Source of the DNA: Candidatus Latescibacterota bacterium
GTDB lineage: Bacteria > Latescibacterota > UBA2968 > UBA8231
Length of the DNA: 64,000 bases
Assembly: GCA_965248265.1 (NCBI GenBank)
Contig: CBDFJF010000001.1
Span: forward strand, 512,001-576,000
Direction: 5' to 3'
In this document: in pieces, positions 49,856 to 61,723 of the stretch
Position numbering within the stretch: the stretch's first letter is position 1
Layout: each line of letters begins with the position of its first letter
Position numbers and translations under genes: made by a program
Notes under the pieces: model-generated
Seen by the model: the letters and a program-made list of their open reading frames with translations, nothing else
The model's database searches: none
What the model was told of the DNA's origin: nothing

Positions 49856-50578
49856 TCAATCCAGGCGAAAGCTGTCGCCCAGGTATCTGCGCCTGACCGT
49901 GTCATCTTCCGTGAGCTCACGGGCCGTGCCTTCGGTCAGAATTTCACCATCCGCCATGATGTATGCCCGGCGAGTTATTCTCAGTGTCTCGCGAACGCTG
50001 TGGTCGGTGATCAGGACTCCCAGGCCCTTGTCGGTCAGGTGGGAGATGATTCCCTGAATGTCCTCTGCGGTGCGAGGATCGATGCCGGTGAATGGTTCGT
50101 CGAGGAGCAGATAGCGTACATCCACGGCCAGCGCGCGGGCGATCTCGACCCGGCGCACCTCGCCGCCGGAAAGTGTATCAGCGCGCTGTTGGGCTCGATC
50201 CTGCAAACGCAGCTCTTCCAACAATTGACCGACCCGGGCGTTGCGTTCAGCCTTTCCGAGACCGCGGACCTCCAGAACCGCGGAGATGTTTTCTTCCACG
50301 GTCAGGCCCCGAAAAATGGAGGTCTCCTGAGGCAGGTAGCCGATCCCCTCCTGAGCCCGGCGGTACATGGACAGGCTGGTTATGTCGGCACCATCGAGGA
50401 GTATGCGGCCACCGTCCGGCTTCAGAAAACCGACGATGGTGTGAAAGGTCGTCGTCTTGCCGGCCCCGTTGGGGCCCAACAGCCCCACAATCTCTCCTTG
50501 CTCAACGGCGAGGCTCACCCCCTTCACCACTGGCTTCCTGCCGTATCCTTTGACGAGCTGATCTGTGGTCAGCGGCAA
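49856..50578 (-). CDS. lptB: LPS export ABC ATPase
   Basis: GPNGAGKTT, YLPQETSIF, LSGGEVRRVEIAR, ITDH, YLGDSF. Confidence 0.95.
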   Translation of the reverse strand: MPLTTDQLVKGYGRKPVVKGVSLAVEQGEIVGLLGPNGAGKTTTFHTIVGFLKPDGGRILLDGADITSLSMYRRAQEGIGYLPQETSIFRGLTVEENISAVLEVRGLGKAERNARVGQLLEELRLQDRAQQRADTLSGGEVRRVEIARALAVDVRYLLLDEPFTGIDPRTAEDIQGIISHLTDKGLGVLITDHSVRETLRITRRAYIMADGEILTEGTARELTEDDTVRRRYLGDSFRLD

Positions 50579-50585
50579 AGCGGAA

Positions 50586-52529
50586 TCAACCTCCGTTTGT
50601 GGTCTCTGTTTTCGATGAGGCAGGCACGAATTCACCTTCAACTGACTCTGACGCTTTGACCTCGAATACAGCTCCATTCTCGATGGTTATCTCCAGGCGA
50701 TTGCCGGCAACTCGGTTGACGGAGCCAGCGCGGTCGGCTCCATCCGGCACGCCCGAGTCGGTCGATCGCTTGGCCTCCTCATCCGCCAGACGCGACTGGA
50801 CCACAGCGCCCCCCTGAGCGATCACCGTAGACAATTCGCCATCGGTGAAGTTCATCTCGATGTCTGCGGCCGTAAAACGGTTGATCGCGTTGCTCTCGAG
50901 ACTACGGTGGGTAACCCTGGCGTCGCCTGTCAGCGTGATCGTTTGAACACGCTCCGAATCGAGGAGCAGGTGACCACCTCCTGCGAACCAACTTGCCTGA
51001 GCTTCGCTGGTCGCGACCGATCCCGTCAATGAGGCCGGCAGCATAACGTCCGTGACCACCCCGTCCACCAGGGTCACGATCATGGAATCGGCATGGATGG
51101 TTTCCGACTCCCTTGCGGTCAGTTCGACATCCCGAGATAGGGTCAGCCTTTCGGATCTGGAGTCGAAATGGCCTTGCTGCGCCCTCAGCGCCAGTGCTCC
51201 CGTGATCACGGAGAACGGGGCGTCCCCCGCCACATGCTGCTCCGCAAGATCCAGCGTCAACGTGCTCGCAGTGATGACGAGGGTGTCCGCCGCTCGCTGC
51301 CTGATCAACCGGGGAGATCCGCTCAGCTTTGCCCGCTCCGTGTCCAGCCAGAAAAGCACGTGCCGCGCCTGCGCCACGCCAGCAAACTCTGGCCCAGTGA
51401 GAGCGACCTCGCCGGCAGCCTCCACGCGACCGGCTTCCCGATAATAGGTGAGACTGTCTGCGACCAGGAGCCGCTCACCATCACGAAATTCGATCTGTCT
51501 TGCCGTTGTCACGTCGCCGGTTGCGGCAAAGGATGCAGGTTCGATTCGACGGTCGTACGTCAGATGTGCGGCCCTGAGGCTGCGCTCTTCCCACTCCACC
51601 TCTACCGGCGCGCCTGACGAGACCCAACGCCCGCCATCCTCATCGACACGAATTGCTTGGGCCTGCAGGCGCCAGTCCCCTTCCGCCACCACGACTGACC
51701 CGTACGCGGATGACGTCCCATCGCTCAGATCATGCTCCAGCTGATCGGCGTTGATCGTCCGCATCGAGTCCACCAGCCCTACACTTCCGGAGAACGTGAT
51801 GAGTCCGTGTTCGGCATCGAATTGGGCTCGCTCGCTGCCAATACTCTGGTCGTCCATACGGACCGTTACGGTTTCGTATGCAGCCTTCAGGAACCCGTCG
51901 CGGGGTCGACTGCTGCTGTCACGCTTGGCGCGAAGTTGCAATTCGTACGGCGCCCCGAGCTTGGTCGTGCCAGTGAGTGACCCGCTCACGTTTCTGGCGG
52001 ACCACCGCTCAAGAGAGGTGGAGGCCGATAGATCACGAAGCCGGAGCGAACCGCCCGGTCGGACTACATCGGCCCAACCGGGTACCTGCAAAAGATCGTC
52101 GGTGCGGGACCATCGGAGGCTGTCGCTGGTCAGCAAGACTGAGTCGGAGGTGACGGCAACGCTCCCCGCGAGAGTGAATCGATCCGTATCGTGCTCGAGC
52201 ACGAGCCGTCGTGCACGGAGCTGGATTCTCGCACTCCCGGTGCTGTCCCTGGCCTTGTCACGAAACTCGATCGACACACCACCTTCGCCCCGAGTAACCT
52301 TGCGTTCATCGAAATCCTGAGCGTAGGGCAGTTGGACAGTGAGGGTTGATTGCGGGCCTTGCAGGTGAATGGTCGAGTTCCAGGATTGTCGGTCCGCCTG
52401 TGGGACTGGTTCGTTGGGGTCCGGATCACCCAGCTCGTCGCTGTCACCACAGCACACCAGACAGGCGGCCACGGCTGCCCATGCTGGCAGCGCAACGGGC
52501 GTCTTGCGCATCAACCAGTGTGATGGCAA
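50586..52529 (-). CDS. LptC/LptA (OstA)-like multi-jellyroll protein
   Basis: Lipoprotein-like signal, repeated ADSL/G.V beta-jellyroll units; directly upstream of lptB. Confidence 0.75.
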   Translation of the reverse strand: MPSHWLMRKTPVALPAWAAVAACLVCCGDSDELGDPDPNEPVPQADRQSWNSTIHLQGPQSTLTVQLPYAQDFDERKVTRGEGGVSIEFRDKARDSTGSARIQLRARRLVLEHDTDRFTLAGSVAVTSDSVLLTSDSLRWSRTDDLLQVPGWADVVRPGGSLRLRDLSASTSLERWSARNVSGSLTGTTKLGAPYELQLRAKRDSSSRPRDGFLKAAYETVTVRMDDQSIGSERAQFDAEHGLITFSGSVGLVDSMRTINADQLEHDLSDGTSSAYGSVVVAEGDWRLQAQAIRVDEDGGRWVSSGAPVEVEWEERSLRAAHLTYDRRIEPASFAATGDVTTARQIEFRDGERLLVADSLTYYREAGRVEAAGEVALTGPEFAGVAQARHVLFWLDTERAKLSGSPRLIRQRAADTLVITASTLTLDLAEQHVAGDAPFSVITGALALRAQQGHFDSRSERLTLSRDVELTARESETIHADSMIVTLVDGVVTDVMLPASLTGSVATSEAQASWFAGGGHLLLDSERVQTITLTGDARVTHRSLESNAINRFTAADIEMNFTDGELSTVIAQGGAVVQSRLADEEAKRSTDSGVPDGADRAGSVNRVAGNRLEITIENGAVFEVKASESVEGEFVPASSKTETTNGG

Positions 52530-52548
52530 CGGGGAGGAATCCCGGCCG

Positions 52549-54429
<1,881 letters not shown>

Positions 54430-54717
54430 TCAGTCCAGAATCCGCGGTACCTTGTAGTAGCGTTCCTGCATTTCCGGAGCCTGTTCGAGGAGTTCGCCGA
54501 TATGGGGAAACACTTCCGCCACGTCGCTGCGGAATGCGTTCACCATCGGCACAACGTGCGAAGTAGGCTCCACGCCATCGGTGTCGAGTTCGTTCAGCTT
54601 CTCCATGTATTGGAGAATGCGATTGAGCTCGAGGACCAGCTTCTCCTCCTCGCCGGACGAGAATTGCAACCTCGCGAGGCCCGCCACGCGACGGACGTCA
54701 TCCACGGTAACAGCCAC
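54430..54717 (-). CDS. gatC: Asp/Glu-tRNA amidotransferase subunit C
   Basis: VRRVAGLARL, LNELDTDGVEPTSH, YKVPRI. Confidence 0.95.
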   Translation of the reverse strand: MAVTVDDVRRVAGLARLQFSSGEEEKLVLELNRILQYMEKLNELDTDGVEPTSHVVPMVNAFRSDVAEVFPHIGELLEQAPEMQERYYKVPRILD

Positions 54718-54879
54718 CTTAACCGTGCTCCCTTCTAAATTGACGGCCCAAATATGCCGTACTGCCATGGCCGGCGCAAGTTGACGAAAATCTCCTTCGA
54801 AGCTCCGAAGCCGCCTTGCCCGGGCTCCACCCCCACGCTATAATGCCTGGCCGAATACCTCACACACGTCTAAGGGAGC

Positions 54880-55368
54880 TTGGACCCTCTGCCCAGCAAA
54901 ACGTTCACAGTCGACGAAGCAAACGCCACGGTTCGCGTCCTCGAGGAGGTTTTCGAGCGCATGGACAGCAGGAGAGCCGCGCTGTTCGCTCAACACCAGA
55001 AGCTGCAGATGCTCGAGGTCATGTGGGGAGAACAGATCCGCAAGAGCGAGAACCCGGATCACGCCGAATTCAACGAGCTGCGCGCCGCCTTCGACGGAAG
55101 CATCGACGAGTTGGACCAGTTTGTCACCCGGGAGATTCGCGACCGTGGCTTGCGCTTCCCACCTGGCGGCCTGGAGAACGGGCTCATCGATTTTCCTACC
55201 ACCTACGAGGGCCGTTGGGTGTTCCTTTGCTGGCAGCGGGGCGAACCACAGGTGAGGTACTGGCATGAGATTGAAGCTGGATTCCGCGGTCGCCAGGAAA
55301 TCGCCGCCGAGCACGTCATCGCCATGGGCAAAGACGATGCCGATGACGAGTTGCATGGAGATCTCTGA
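54880..55368 (+). CDS. DUF2203 family protein
   Basis: FTVDEAN, GLIDFP, LCWQRGE...YWH...GFRGRQ. Confidence 0.9.
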   Translation: MDPLPSKTFTVDEANATVRVLEEVFERMDSRRAALFAQHQKLQMLEVMWGEQIRKSENPDHAEFNELRAAFDGSIDELDQFVTREIRDRGLRFPPGGLENGLIDFPTTYEGRWVFLCWQRGEPQVRYWHEIEAGFRGRQEIAAEHVIAMGKDDADDELHGDL

Positions 55369-55371
55369 GTC

Positions 55372-56238
55372 TCAGGTCCTCCCATCTATGACGAAAGCGG
55401 CGACGAGCGCGCTCGCCGGGACCGCGTCATCGTAGCGGATCACCCACGCCGGACAGGACTCCACGACCCGCGCCAGCAGCTCCGTGCACTGCTCCCCCAG
55501 AGATTCGAGATTGTAAGTTTCCAGCAATAGGCGCCGCGCTGCCTCGGCCTGGCCCAGGCGCGCCAACGCCAGTCCCTCGCCGGGCCGGAACGAGGTAAAT
55601 AACAGCTGAGTCAGAGGCACGATCGAAGCGGTCGATCCGGATACAGAATCCAACCGATTGGGAGGGACGTGGCAGTGATCGGGGAAGCGCTTGAAACACG
55701 GTTCTTCACCGTAGGCCGAGTGCGGAAAGAGGCGCTGCGTGCGTCGGTGTACGATCAGATCACGCCGAAACGGAATCAGATCGATCTCGACACCGTGCGT
55801 GTCGGCCCGTAGCAGCCCGACTTCGTCGGTGAGGATGGTGGCGCCGTGACCGGAGAGCCCGACTATCAGAGAGGTTTTACCCGATCCCGGCGGCCCGCAG
55901 ACTAGAAGACCGGCCCCGTGCATGGCGACCGCACCGGCGTGCACCTGAATCAGCGCCCGGCAACCGCTCATGGCCTGTTGCGTCAACGTCCATTCCACGT
56001 CCAGGAAGAAATCGGCCAGATTGCGCTGACGGCATATCTCGACGCCTGCGGCACTCATGCAGTACGCGTCTACACCTGCATTTGTACCATTGTCGTCAGC
56101 GCGAGACAATCGAAAGGCGATGTCGGCGGTGCCGCTGTCCACTCGGGCCGCAGAGTAGACGGCGTTAGCCAGCTCGTGAAGTTCTGAGTCCTCCCCTTCG
56201 AGGGAGAGAAGATAGCCACCCACGCTGTAGAGGTTCAT
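55372..56238 (-). CDS. HPr-kinase-like P-loop protein
   Basis: VHAGAV, GPPGSGKTSL, LTDE. Confidence 0.75.
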   Translation of the reverse strand: MNLYSVGGYLLSLEGEDSELHELANAVYSAARVDSGTADIAFRLSRADDNGTNAGVDAYCMSAAGVEICRQRNLADFFLDVEWTLTQQAMSGCRALIQVHAGAVAMHGAGLLVCGPPGSGKTSLIVGLSGHGATILTDEVGLLRADTHGVEIDLIPFRRDLIVHRRTQRLFPHSAYGEEPCFKRFPDHCHVPPNRLDSVSGSTASIVPLTQLLFTSFRPGEGLALARLGQAEAARRLLLETYNLESLGEQCTELLARVVESCPAWVIRYDDAVPASALVAAFVIDGRT

Positions 56239-56293
56239 CCAACCGCTATCTCGCATGAGCCCGGGTGGGGTCAAGCCAGGCGGTTGTGTGCGT

Positions 56294-56641
56294 TCAGGCG
56301 GCACGGCGAGCAGGCACCGAATCGGTGTGCTCGCGCAACTGGCGCAGGATCTGCGTCTCCACGCGAATGTCTTCGGCGACGAATGATGCTCTCAACTCGT
56401 ACTGGCGCTTCTGATTGCGCGTCTGCCGCAGATCCTCCAACAGATCCGCGCAACGCGTCCGCAGCTGGCCGTACTCTTCGTCGCTGGCTATGAGTCGATT
56501 CCTCAGTATTTCGATCCGGGAGGCCACCAGATAACGGGCCACCAGGGGCACCGCCAGCAGCAAGGCAATGGTCAGCAAAAGGATCCTCTCTTGGTGTACT
56601 GGGATAAGCACTGCAGTTCGGACTACTATGTAGTACCACAA
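56294..56641 (-). CDS. Hypothetical TM + coiled-coil protein
   Basis: N-terminal hydrophobic helix followed by heptads. Confidence 0.6.
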   Translation of the reverse strand: MWYYIVVRTAVLIPVHQERILLLTIALLLAVPLVARYLVASRIEILRNRLIASDEEYGQLRTRCADLLEDLRQTRNQKRQYELRASFVAEDIRVETQILRQLREHTDSVPARRAA

Positions 56642-56704
56642 AGGCTCCTCTTATTTATCGGCTTGAGCGCCGAACCCTTTGGTTTTTGGCCGCGGCCCCT
56701 TCCT

Positions 56705-56905
56705 TTACTCGACCTCCTGCCGCTCCAGATCGCTCAACAGCAGCTTGGCCAGCCGACGTTCGCGTTTGCTCGCCGTGGCCATGAGCGCGAGCATGAAATG
56801 GCAGTTCTCATCGGCGCCATACTTCTCGACCACCGCATCCACGAGCTTGCGTTTCTCCTCCGGCAGCGCCGCCCGGACATCGTCCATCAGATCCGACAGT
56901 TTCAC
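56705..56905 (-). CDS. Small hypothetical protein (66 aa)
   Basis: GGAGG RBS before GTG; host-like codons. Confidence 0.7.
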   Translation of the reverse strand: MKLSDLMDDVRAALPEEKRKLVDAVVEKYGADENCHFMLALMATASKRERRLAKLLLSDLERQEVE

Positions 56906-56999
56906 ACCGTATCCTCCAGCTTCGGTTGGTCGTCCTCAGCAGGCGGCCAATTTAGCCCCGGGCACATCGGTGTCAAGGAACCCGCTGGCCACAAAAACC

Positions 57000-57028
57000 T
57001 TGACCTCTATCGCAACATATGGTAAGAT
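57000..57028 (+). promoter_or_regulatory. Sigma70-type promoter upstream of smc
   Basis: TTGACC-N17-TAAGAT with TG extension. Confidence 0.65.
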
Positions 57029-57260
57029 ATGCCCGGTCGTGCACTAGGTATGGTGGCTTCGTCGTCCTTCCCCCTCCCCCGAAGCTGATGCTGGAGTGCT
57101 ATAGGACCAAAAGCGTCCCACTCCCCCCAGGACTATCGCCACCCAATCCCGAAGCTATCCCAAAACGTCATGGATGCGCTCGGCCATGCCCCGTTTTGAT
57201 GCATCTCACGGTACGGGCACGACCGGCACCCGAGGCAGATAACCGACAGGAGTCCGACAC

Positions 57261-60200
57261 TTGCGTCTGTCCAGCATAGAGGTATTCGGTTTCAAATCCT
57301 TCCTCAGCAAGGTTGAAATTCCGTTCGGTCTTGGCACCACCGCGATCGTAGGCCCCAACGGCTGTGGTAAATCGAATATCGTCGAGGCTATCCGCTGGGT
57401 GCTCGGTGAGCAACGGGCCGGGGCCGTCAGGGGCCAACGCATGGAGGACGTCATTTTTTCGGGAACCCGTGAGCGCAAGGCCCTGGGCATGGCGGAAGTC
57501 TCCGTTACCATCGACAACTCCAGCCATATCCTGCCGATCGAATACAGCGAGATCACCATCACCCGACGCCTTTTTCGCTCCGGCGAGAGCGACTACCTCC
57601 TCAACAAGGTTCCCTGCCGTCTGCTCGACATCCAAAACCTGTTGATGGACACGGGGTTGGGACCCGGGGCCTACAGCGTCATGGAACAGGGGATGGTTGA
57701 TGAGATCATCAGCGAAAAGACAGAGAATCGACGACGCATCCTTGAGGAGGCGGCGAGTATCACGAAGTACAAGGCCCGCCGTCGTTCAACCTGGAACAAA
57801 CTCGAATCGACCAACGCGGACCTCACCCAGCTCGAACTCCTGATCACAGAAGTCAAACGGCAGGTTGATTACCTCGGACGCCAGGTCGGGCGGGCCCGGC
57901 GCTATCAAACGCTGAAGCTGGAGCTCGACGAGAAGGAACTGCTCTACGGTCGCTTTCAATACTTCACGATCCTGGCGGAAGTTCGGCCGTTGCGGGAACA
58001 GTTCGGCGAGCTCAGCAAACGCACCGAGTCTTCACTCAGCCACTTCACTGCGCGAGAGGCCGAGCTCGAGAGCAGCAGGTTGGCTGTACTCGAGGCCGAA
58101 AAAGAACTGCAGGCCGTCAACGTTGAGTTGAACCAGTTGGTGGAGGGCATTCACGCCAAGGACCGCGAGCTCATCGCCACTCGCGAGCGACGGGAAGCCA
58201 GGGAGGAATTCGGTCGGCGGTCGTCCTCGGAGCGCGATGAGTCTCAGCGCCAGCTCGAGTCCACGTTGGCACAGTTGGATGAGACCTCCCAAAACATCGA
58301 AACGGCACAGGGTGCCCTGGCCGGATCGGGTGAGCGTCTCACTCAGGGTGAGGAGGAGGCGGCGCGACTCGATTCATCTTGTGAATCAACGCGGGCAGCC
58401 TTGGATTCGGCTCGGCGCAGTTTGCGGGAGCTGCAGCAGCAAAAGGGCGAGGCGACCCGGGGGCTGGAACGAGTGCGCACGGAGCGGGAGTCGTTGACGA
58501 CGTCGGGTAGCCAGATCGAGACCGACATCGCTCGCGTCAGCGCTGACCTGACTTCCTCACACGAACTAGCGGAGGCGACCGCAGACGAATTGAGCGAGGT
58601 GCGTGACCGCGTCGCGGCCCTGAAGGAAGATCTAGCCGGTGCAGAAGAGCGCGTGCGTGAGGTCGAAACGAAGCTGCAGGGATTGGTGAAAAAGGAGAGT
58701 TCCGTCGACCGAGGCGTCGAAGGCCATCTTGCCCGCTTGCAGATTCTGGAACGCGTGCAGTCCGGATATGAGGGAGTCGCCAGCGGCGTCCGCACCCTGG
58801 CCGTGGACTCACCACTCAAGGATACCTTTCAGGGTGTGCTCGCGGACCTTATCGAGGTCGAGCCTCGCTATTTGAAAGCCGTTGAAGCGGCCCTGGGAGA
58901 TGCCCTGGAAGCGCTGGTCGCGGACGATGAGACCGACGCCCTCAAAGCCATCTCCCATCTCAAGCAGCACACCGGAAGAGCGGCGATATTCCCGCTGAAA
59001 TGGGCACCACGCGAAGGGATAGACGCCACACCCGTCGCACCGACTATCGGGGTCGTCGGTCCTTTGCTGGACCAGGTTACCGCCACTGGTCCCGTAGCTG
59101 ACCTGCTGTCTCACCTGTTGCGGAACACCTATCTCGTGGACGACCTGGCAACATCGGTAGCGGCAGCCAAAAGCGTCCCTCACCCCATTCGTCTCGTCTC
59201 TGCGGAAGGGGACGGCGTCGATATCGACGGTCGGTTCTGGGGGGGGACCGAGGACAGTTCGGAAAGCAGCTCGCTGGCGCGCCGGGTAGAGATCGGTGAG
59301 TTGAGATCAACCCTGGCTGGAGAAAAGGCACGCCTGACGGCTCTCACCTTCAATCGCCAGGGTGCCGAGTCCAGGAGATCCATTCTCGCCAGTTATATGA
59401 CGGAGTTGGACGAGCTGTTGGCGGACCTCAAGTCGAACGAGGGCGACCTCGTGTACCGCCACGACTCTGCTCGCAGCGCCCGTGACCGCCTGACGGCCGA
59501 GCTGAGTGCTCTCGAAGCAAAGCGCGACGAAGGAAGGCGGCGAGTGCAAGGTCTTGAAGAAGCCGCGATCGGTGCCGAGGAGCGTGCCGGCACATTGCAG
59601 CGAGAGGAGGAGAGCCTGGAGCAGCGCATAGCCAGCGGAGAGCAGGAACGCCATCGGGCCGAGGAGGAGCGTCGGGAGAAGCTGGAAGCCGTGGCCGCCC
59701 TGCGCATCCAGCAGGCCCGCACGGCAGAGCAGTTCGAGGGCTTACGCAGAGACGACGACAGGCTGGGCGATTTGCGGCAGTCGTACATCTCCACCATCGA
59801 CCGTCTCGACCGTGAGATGGAGCAGGCGGACAGTGACCGGGAGAGCCTAGGCGCCGGGGAAGAACGGATCGCCGCAGAAATCGCCGAGTTGCACGGCACG
59901 CGCGAACGGCGGGTTCAGGACTCACAAAGCAAGCAGCTCAGGTGGCAGGAAGTGAAATCCCGGGAGCGGGAACTGGGTGATGAGATCTCCAAGATGCAGC
60001 GGGAGCTGAGCACGGAACGCGAGCGCCGGCACGGGATCGAGCTGAAACTTACGGAATTGGACAATGAATTGTTGCGTATCCGCGAGCATCTGCAGGAGGC
60101 CCTCTCCGTCGAGGTCGAGAGCCTTGGGCCGTTGGAGGACGACGACTTCGACAGTGAAACCACTGGGCAACGAGTCCAGCAGCTGAGAACCTCAATCCAG

Positions 60201-60827
60201 CGGTTGGGGACCGTGCACGTCGGAGTGCTGGAGGAATACGAGGAACAGAAGGAGCGCTACGATTTCCTCGTCCAACACCGAGATGATCTGCAGGCGGCGG
60301 CGGCGGACCTGCGCAAATCGCTGCAGTTCATCGACCGCACGGCCCGCCAAATGTTTCGGACAACCTTCGATGAGATCCGCGAAAAATTCCGCCACACATA
60401 CGCCCGCTTTTTTCCAGGAGGAGAAGCGGACCTCGTTCTCCAACAGGATGTAGATCCGCTGGAATCGACCATCGAGATCGTCGCCCGGCCCAGGGGAAAA
60501 CGGCCCCAGAGCATCAACCTGCTCTCAGGTGGCGAGCGAGCGCTGACGGCGATCGCTCTGTTGTTCGCCATCTACCAGGTCAAGCCGAGCCCATTCTGCA
60601 TCCTCGACGAGGTCGACGCCCCACTGGACGACTCCAACGTCGACCGCTTCCTGCGAGTGTTGACTGAATTCTCGCAGACGACCCAGTTCATCATGGTGAC
60701 GCACAACAAGCTGTCCATGGCGGCCGCAGACACCCTGCACGGTGTCACCATGCCGGAAGAAGGCGTATCGCAATTGGTCTCGGTGCGGATTGATGAAGCA
60801 GAGGCGCTTGGGGAAGCAGCGGGTTGA
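57261..60827 (+). CDS. smc: Chromosome segregation protein SMC
   Basis: GFKSF, GPNGCGKSN, coiled coils and hinge, LSGGE, LDEVDAPLD. Confidence 0.97.
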   Translation: MRLSSIEVFGFKSFLSKVEIPFGLGTTAIVGPNGCGKSNIVEAIRWVLGEQRAGAVRGQRMEDVIFSGTRERKALGMAEVSVTIDNSSHILPIEYSEITITRRLFRSGESDYLLNKVPCRLLDIQNLLMDTGLGPGAYSVMEQGMVDEIISEKTENRRRILEEAASITKYKARRRSTWNKLESTNADLTQLELLITEVKRQVDYLGRQVGRARRYQTLKLELDEKELLYGRFQYFTILAEVRPLREQFGELSKRTESSLSHFTAREAELESSRLAVLEAEKELQAVNVELNQLVEGIHAKDRELIATRERREAREEFGRRSSSERDESQRQLESTLAQLDETSQNIETAQGALAGSGERLTQGEEEAARLDSSCESTRAALDSARRSLRELQQQKGEATRGLERVRTERESLTTSGSQIETDIARVSADLTSSHELAEATADELSEVRDRVAALKEDLAGAEERVREVETKLQGLVKKESSVDRGVEGHLARLQILERVQSGYEGVASGVRTLAVDSPLKDTFQGVLADLIEVEPRYLKAVEAALGDALEALVADDETDALKAISHLKQHTGRAAIFPLKWAPREGIDATPVAPTIGVVGPLLDQVTATGPVADLLSHLLRNTYLVDDLATSVAAAKSVPHPIRLVSAEGDGVDIDGRFWGGTEDSSESSSLARRVEIGELRSTLAGEKARLTALTFNRQGAESRRSILASYMTELDELLADLKSNEGDLVYRHDSARSARDRLTAELSALEAKRDEGRRRVQGLEEAAIGAEERAGTLQREEESLEQRIASGEQERHRAEEERREKLEAVAALRIQQARTAEQFEGLRRDDDRLGDLRQSYISTIDRLDREMEQADSDRESLGAGEERIAAEIAELHGTRERRVQDSQSKQLRWQEVKSRERELGDEISKMQRELSTERERRHGIELKLTELDNELLRIREHLQEALSVEVESLGPLEDDDFDSETTGQRVQQLRTSIQRLGTVHVGVLEEYEEQKERYDFLVQHRDDLQAAAADLRKSLQFIDRTARQMFRTTFDEIREKFRHTYARFFPGGEADLVLQQDVDPLESTIEIVARPRGKRPQSINLLSGGERALTAIALLFAIYQVKPSPFCILDEVDAPLDDSNVDRFLRVLTEFSQTTQFIMVTHNKLSMAAADTLHGVTMPEEGVSQLVSVRIDEAEALGEAAG

Positions 60828-60850
60828 TCAGCGATTGAATTTGATGGTCG

Positions 60851-61723
60851 TCAGCCGGATTCCAATCCATACGGGTCCTCGGCGAGGAGCAGTTTCGCGC
60901 GCTCGGCGGTTCGCACGTCACCACTGTTGAGCGCATCCTCGATGAAACTCGGATTGTCTTGCAGGAATTGCTTCATCGCCCCGTCGGGATCCTGAAAATA
61001 AGCCTGCAGGCGTCCGTGTTGAGCCGGGTCGACGAGTCCAGACTCGAGGAGGGCGTCGAAAAGCGTTCCATCCACCCGTAGCAACGCGCCGGCATTCACA
61101 CCGTGGCTCTGGAGGGCGTCGATCCCACCCTGAGCGCGATCGACGACGTTGACGGCAGCGCTCATGTCAGCTCCGCGATCCCGCAACGCGGGGATCCATG
61201 ACCGCAGGTAGCTGGACGCCTCGGTGACCAGATCGGCTACATGTATGGTCTTTGAACCGCTCAGGTCAGTCGTCACCTGCGCGCCGTTTTCCTCCGACCT
61301 AACCGTGGCATTGAGGTCCTTGTAGAGGTAGAGATGGGGCCGTTGCAGCCGGGCAGCCACCGCGACGGAGAAAAACCAGTCCCTTCGCTGACCTCCCGAG
61401 ATGTAGTCGCAGGCCTCCCCCGTTTCTTCGACGGCGTCCGCCAACCGATCGATGACCGCGCTGTACCTGGGATCCCGCGCGTACATGCCCGCTATTTTTT
61501 CTTGTAACTGCGCCGCGAAGGAGTCAGCATTGGGGTCGGCGTTTTCCTCGATGAAGTCCAGAAGCGCCGCCGCTTGCTGAGGACCTCCGAAGAGAAAGTG
61601 GGTGTTAATGTAATAGGGCCCGACCTTGCCCGATGTGTACCAGAACACTTCGCTGGCGGGAGCCACTCGCAGAGCCTCGCTTTCGACGAGAGCCCGGATC
61701 AATTCATGCGAGTGTGGGTTCAT
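60851..61723 (-). CDS. Divergent orotate phosphoribosyltransferase-like PRTase
   Basis: FWYTSGKVGPYYIN, PRPP loop HVADLVTEASS, VVDR..GG. Confidence 0.75.
   Translation of the reverse strand: MNPHSHELIRALVESEALRVAPASEVFWYTSGKVGPYYINTHFLFGGPQQAAALLDFIEENADPNADSFAAQLQEKIAGMYARDPRYSAVIDRLADAVEETGEACDYISGGQRRDWFFSVAVAARLQRPHLYLYKDLNATVRSEENGAQVTTDLSGSKTIHVADLVTEASSYLRSWIPALRDRGADMSAAVNVVDRAQGGIDALQSHGVNAGALLRVDGTLFDALLESGLVDPAQHGRLQAYFQDPDGAMKQFLQDNPSFIEDALNSGDVRTAERAKLLLAEDPYGLESG

Noticed and set aside
57261-60827. Wadjet/MksB-type defence SMC
   Set aside because: Canonical housekeeping SMC with hinge; no jetA/B/D neighbours
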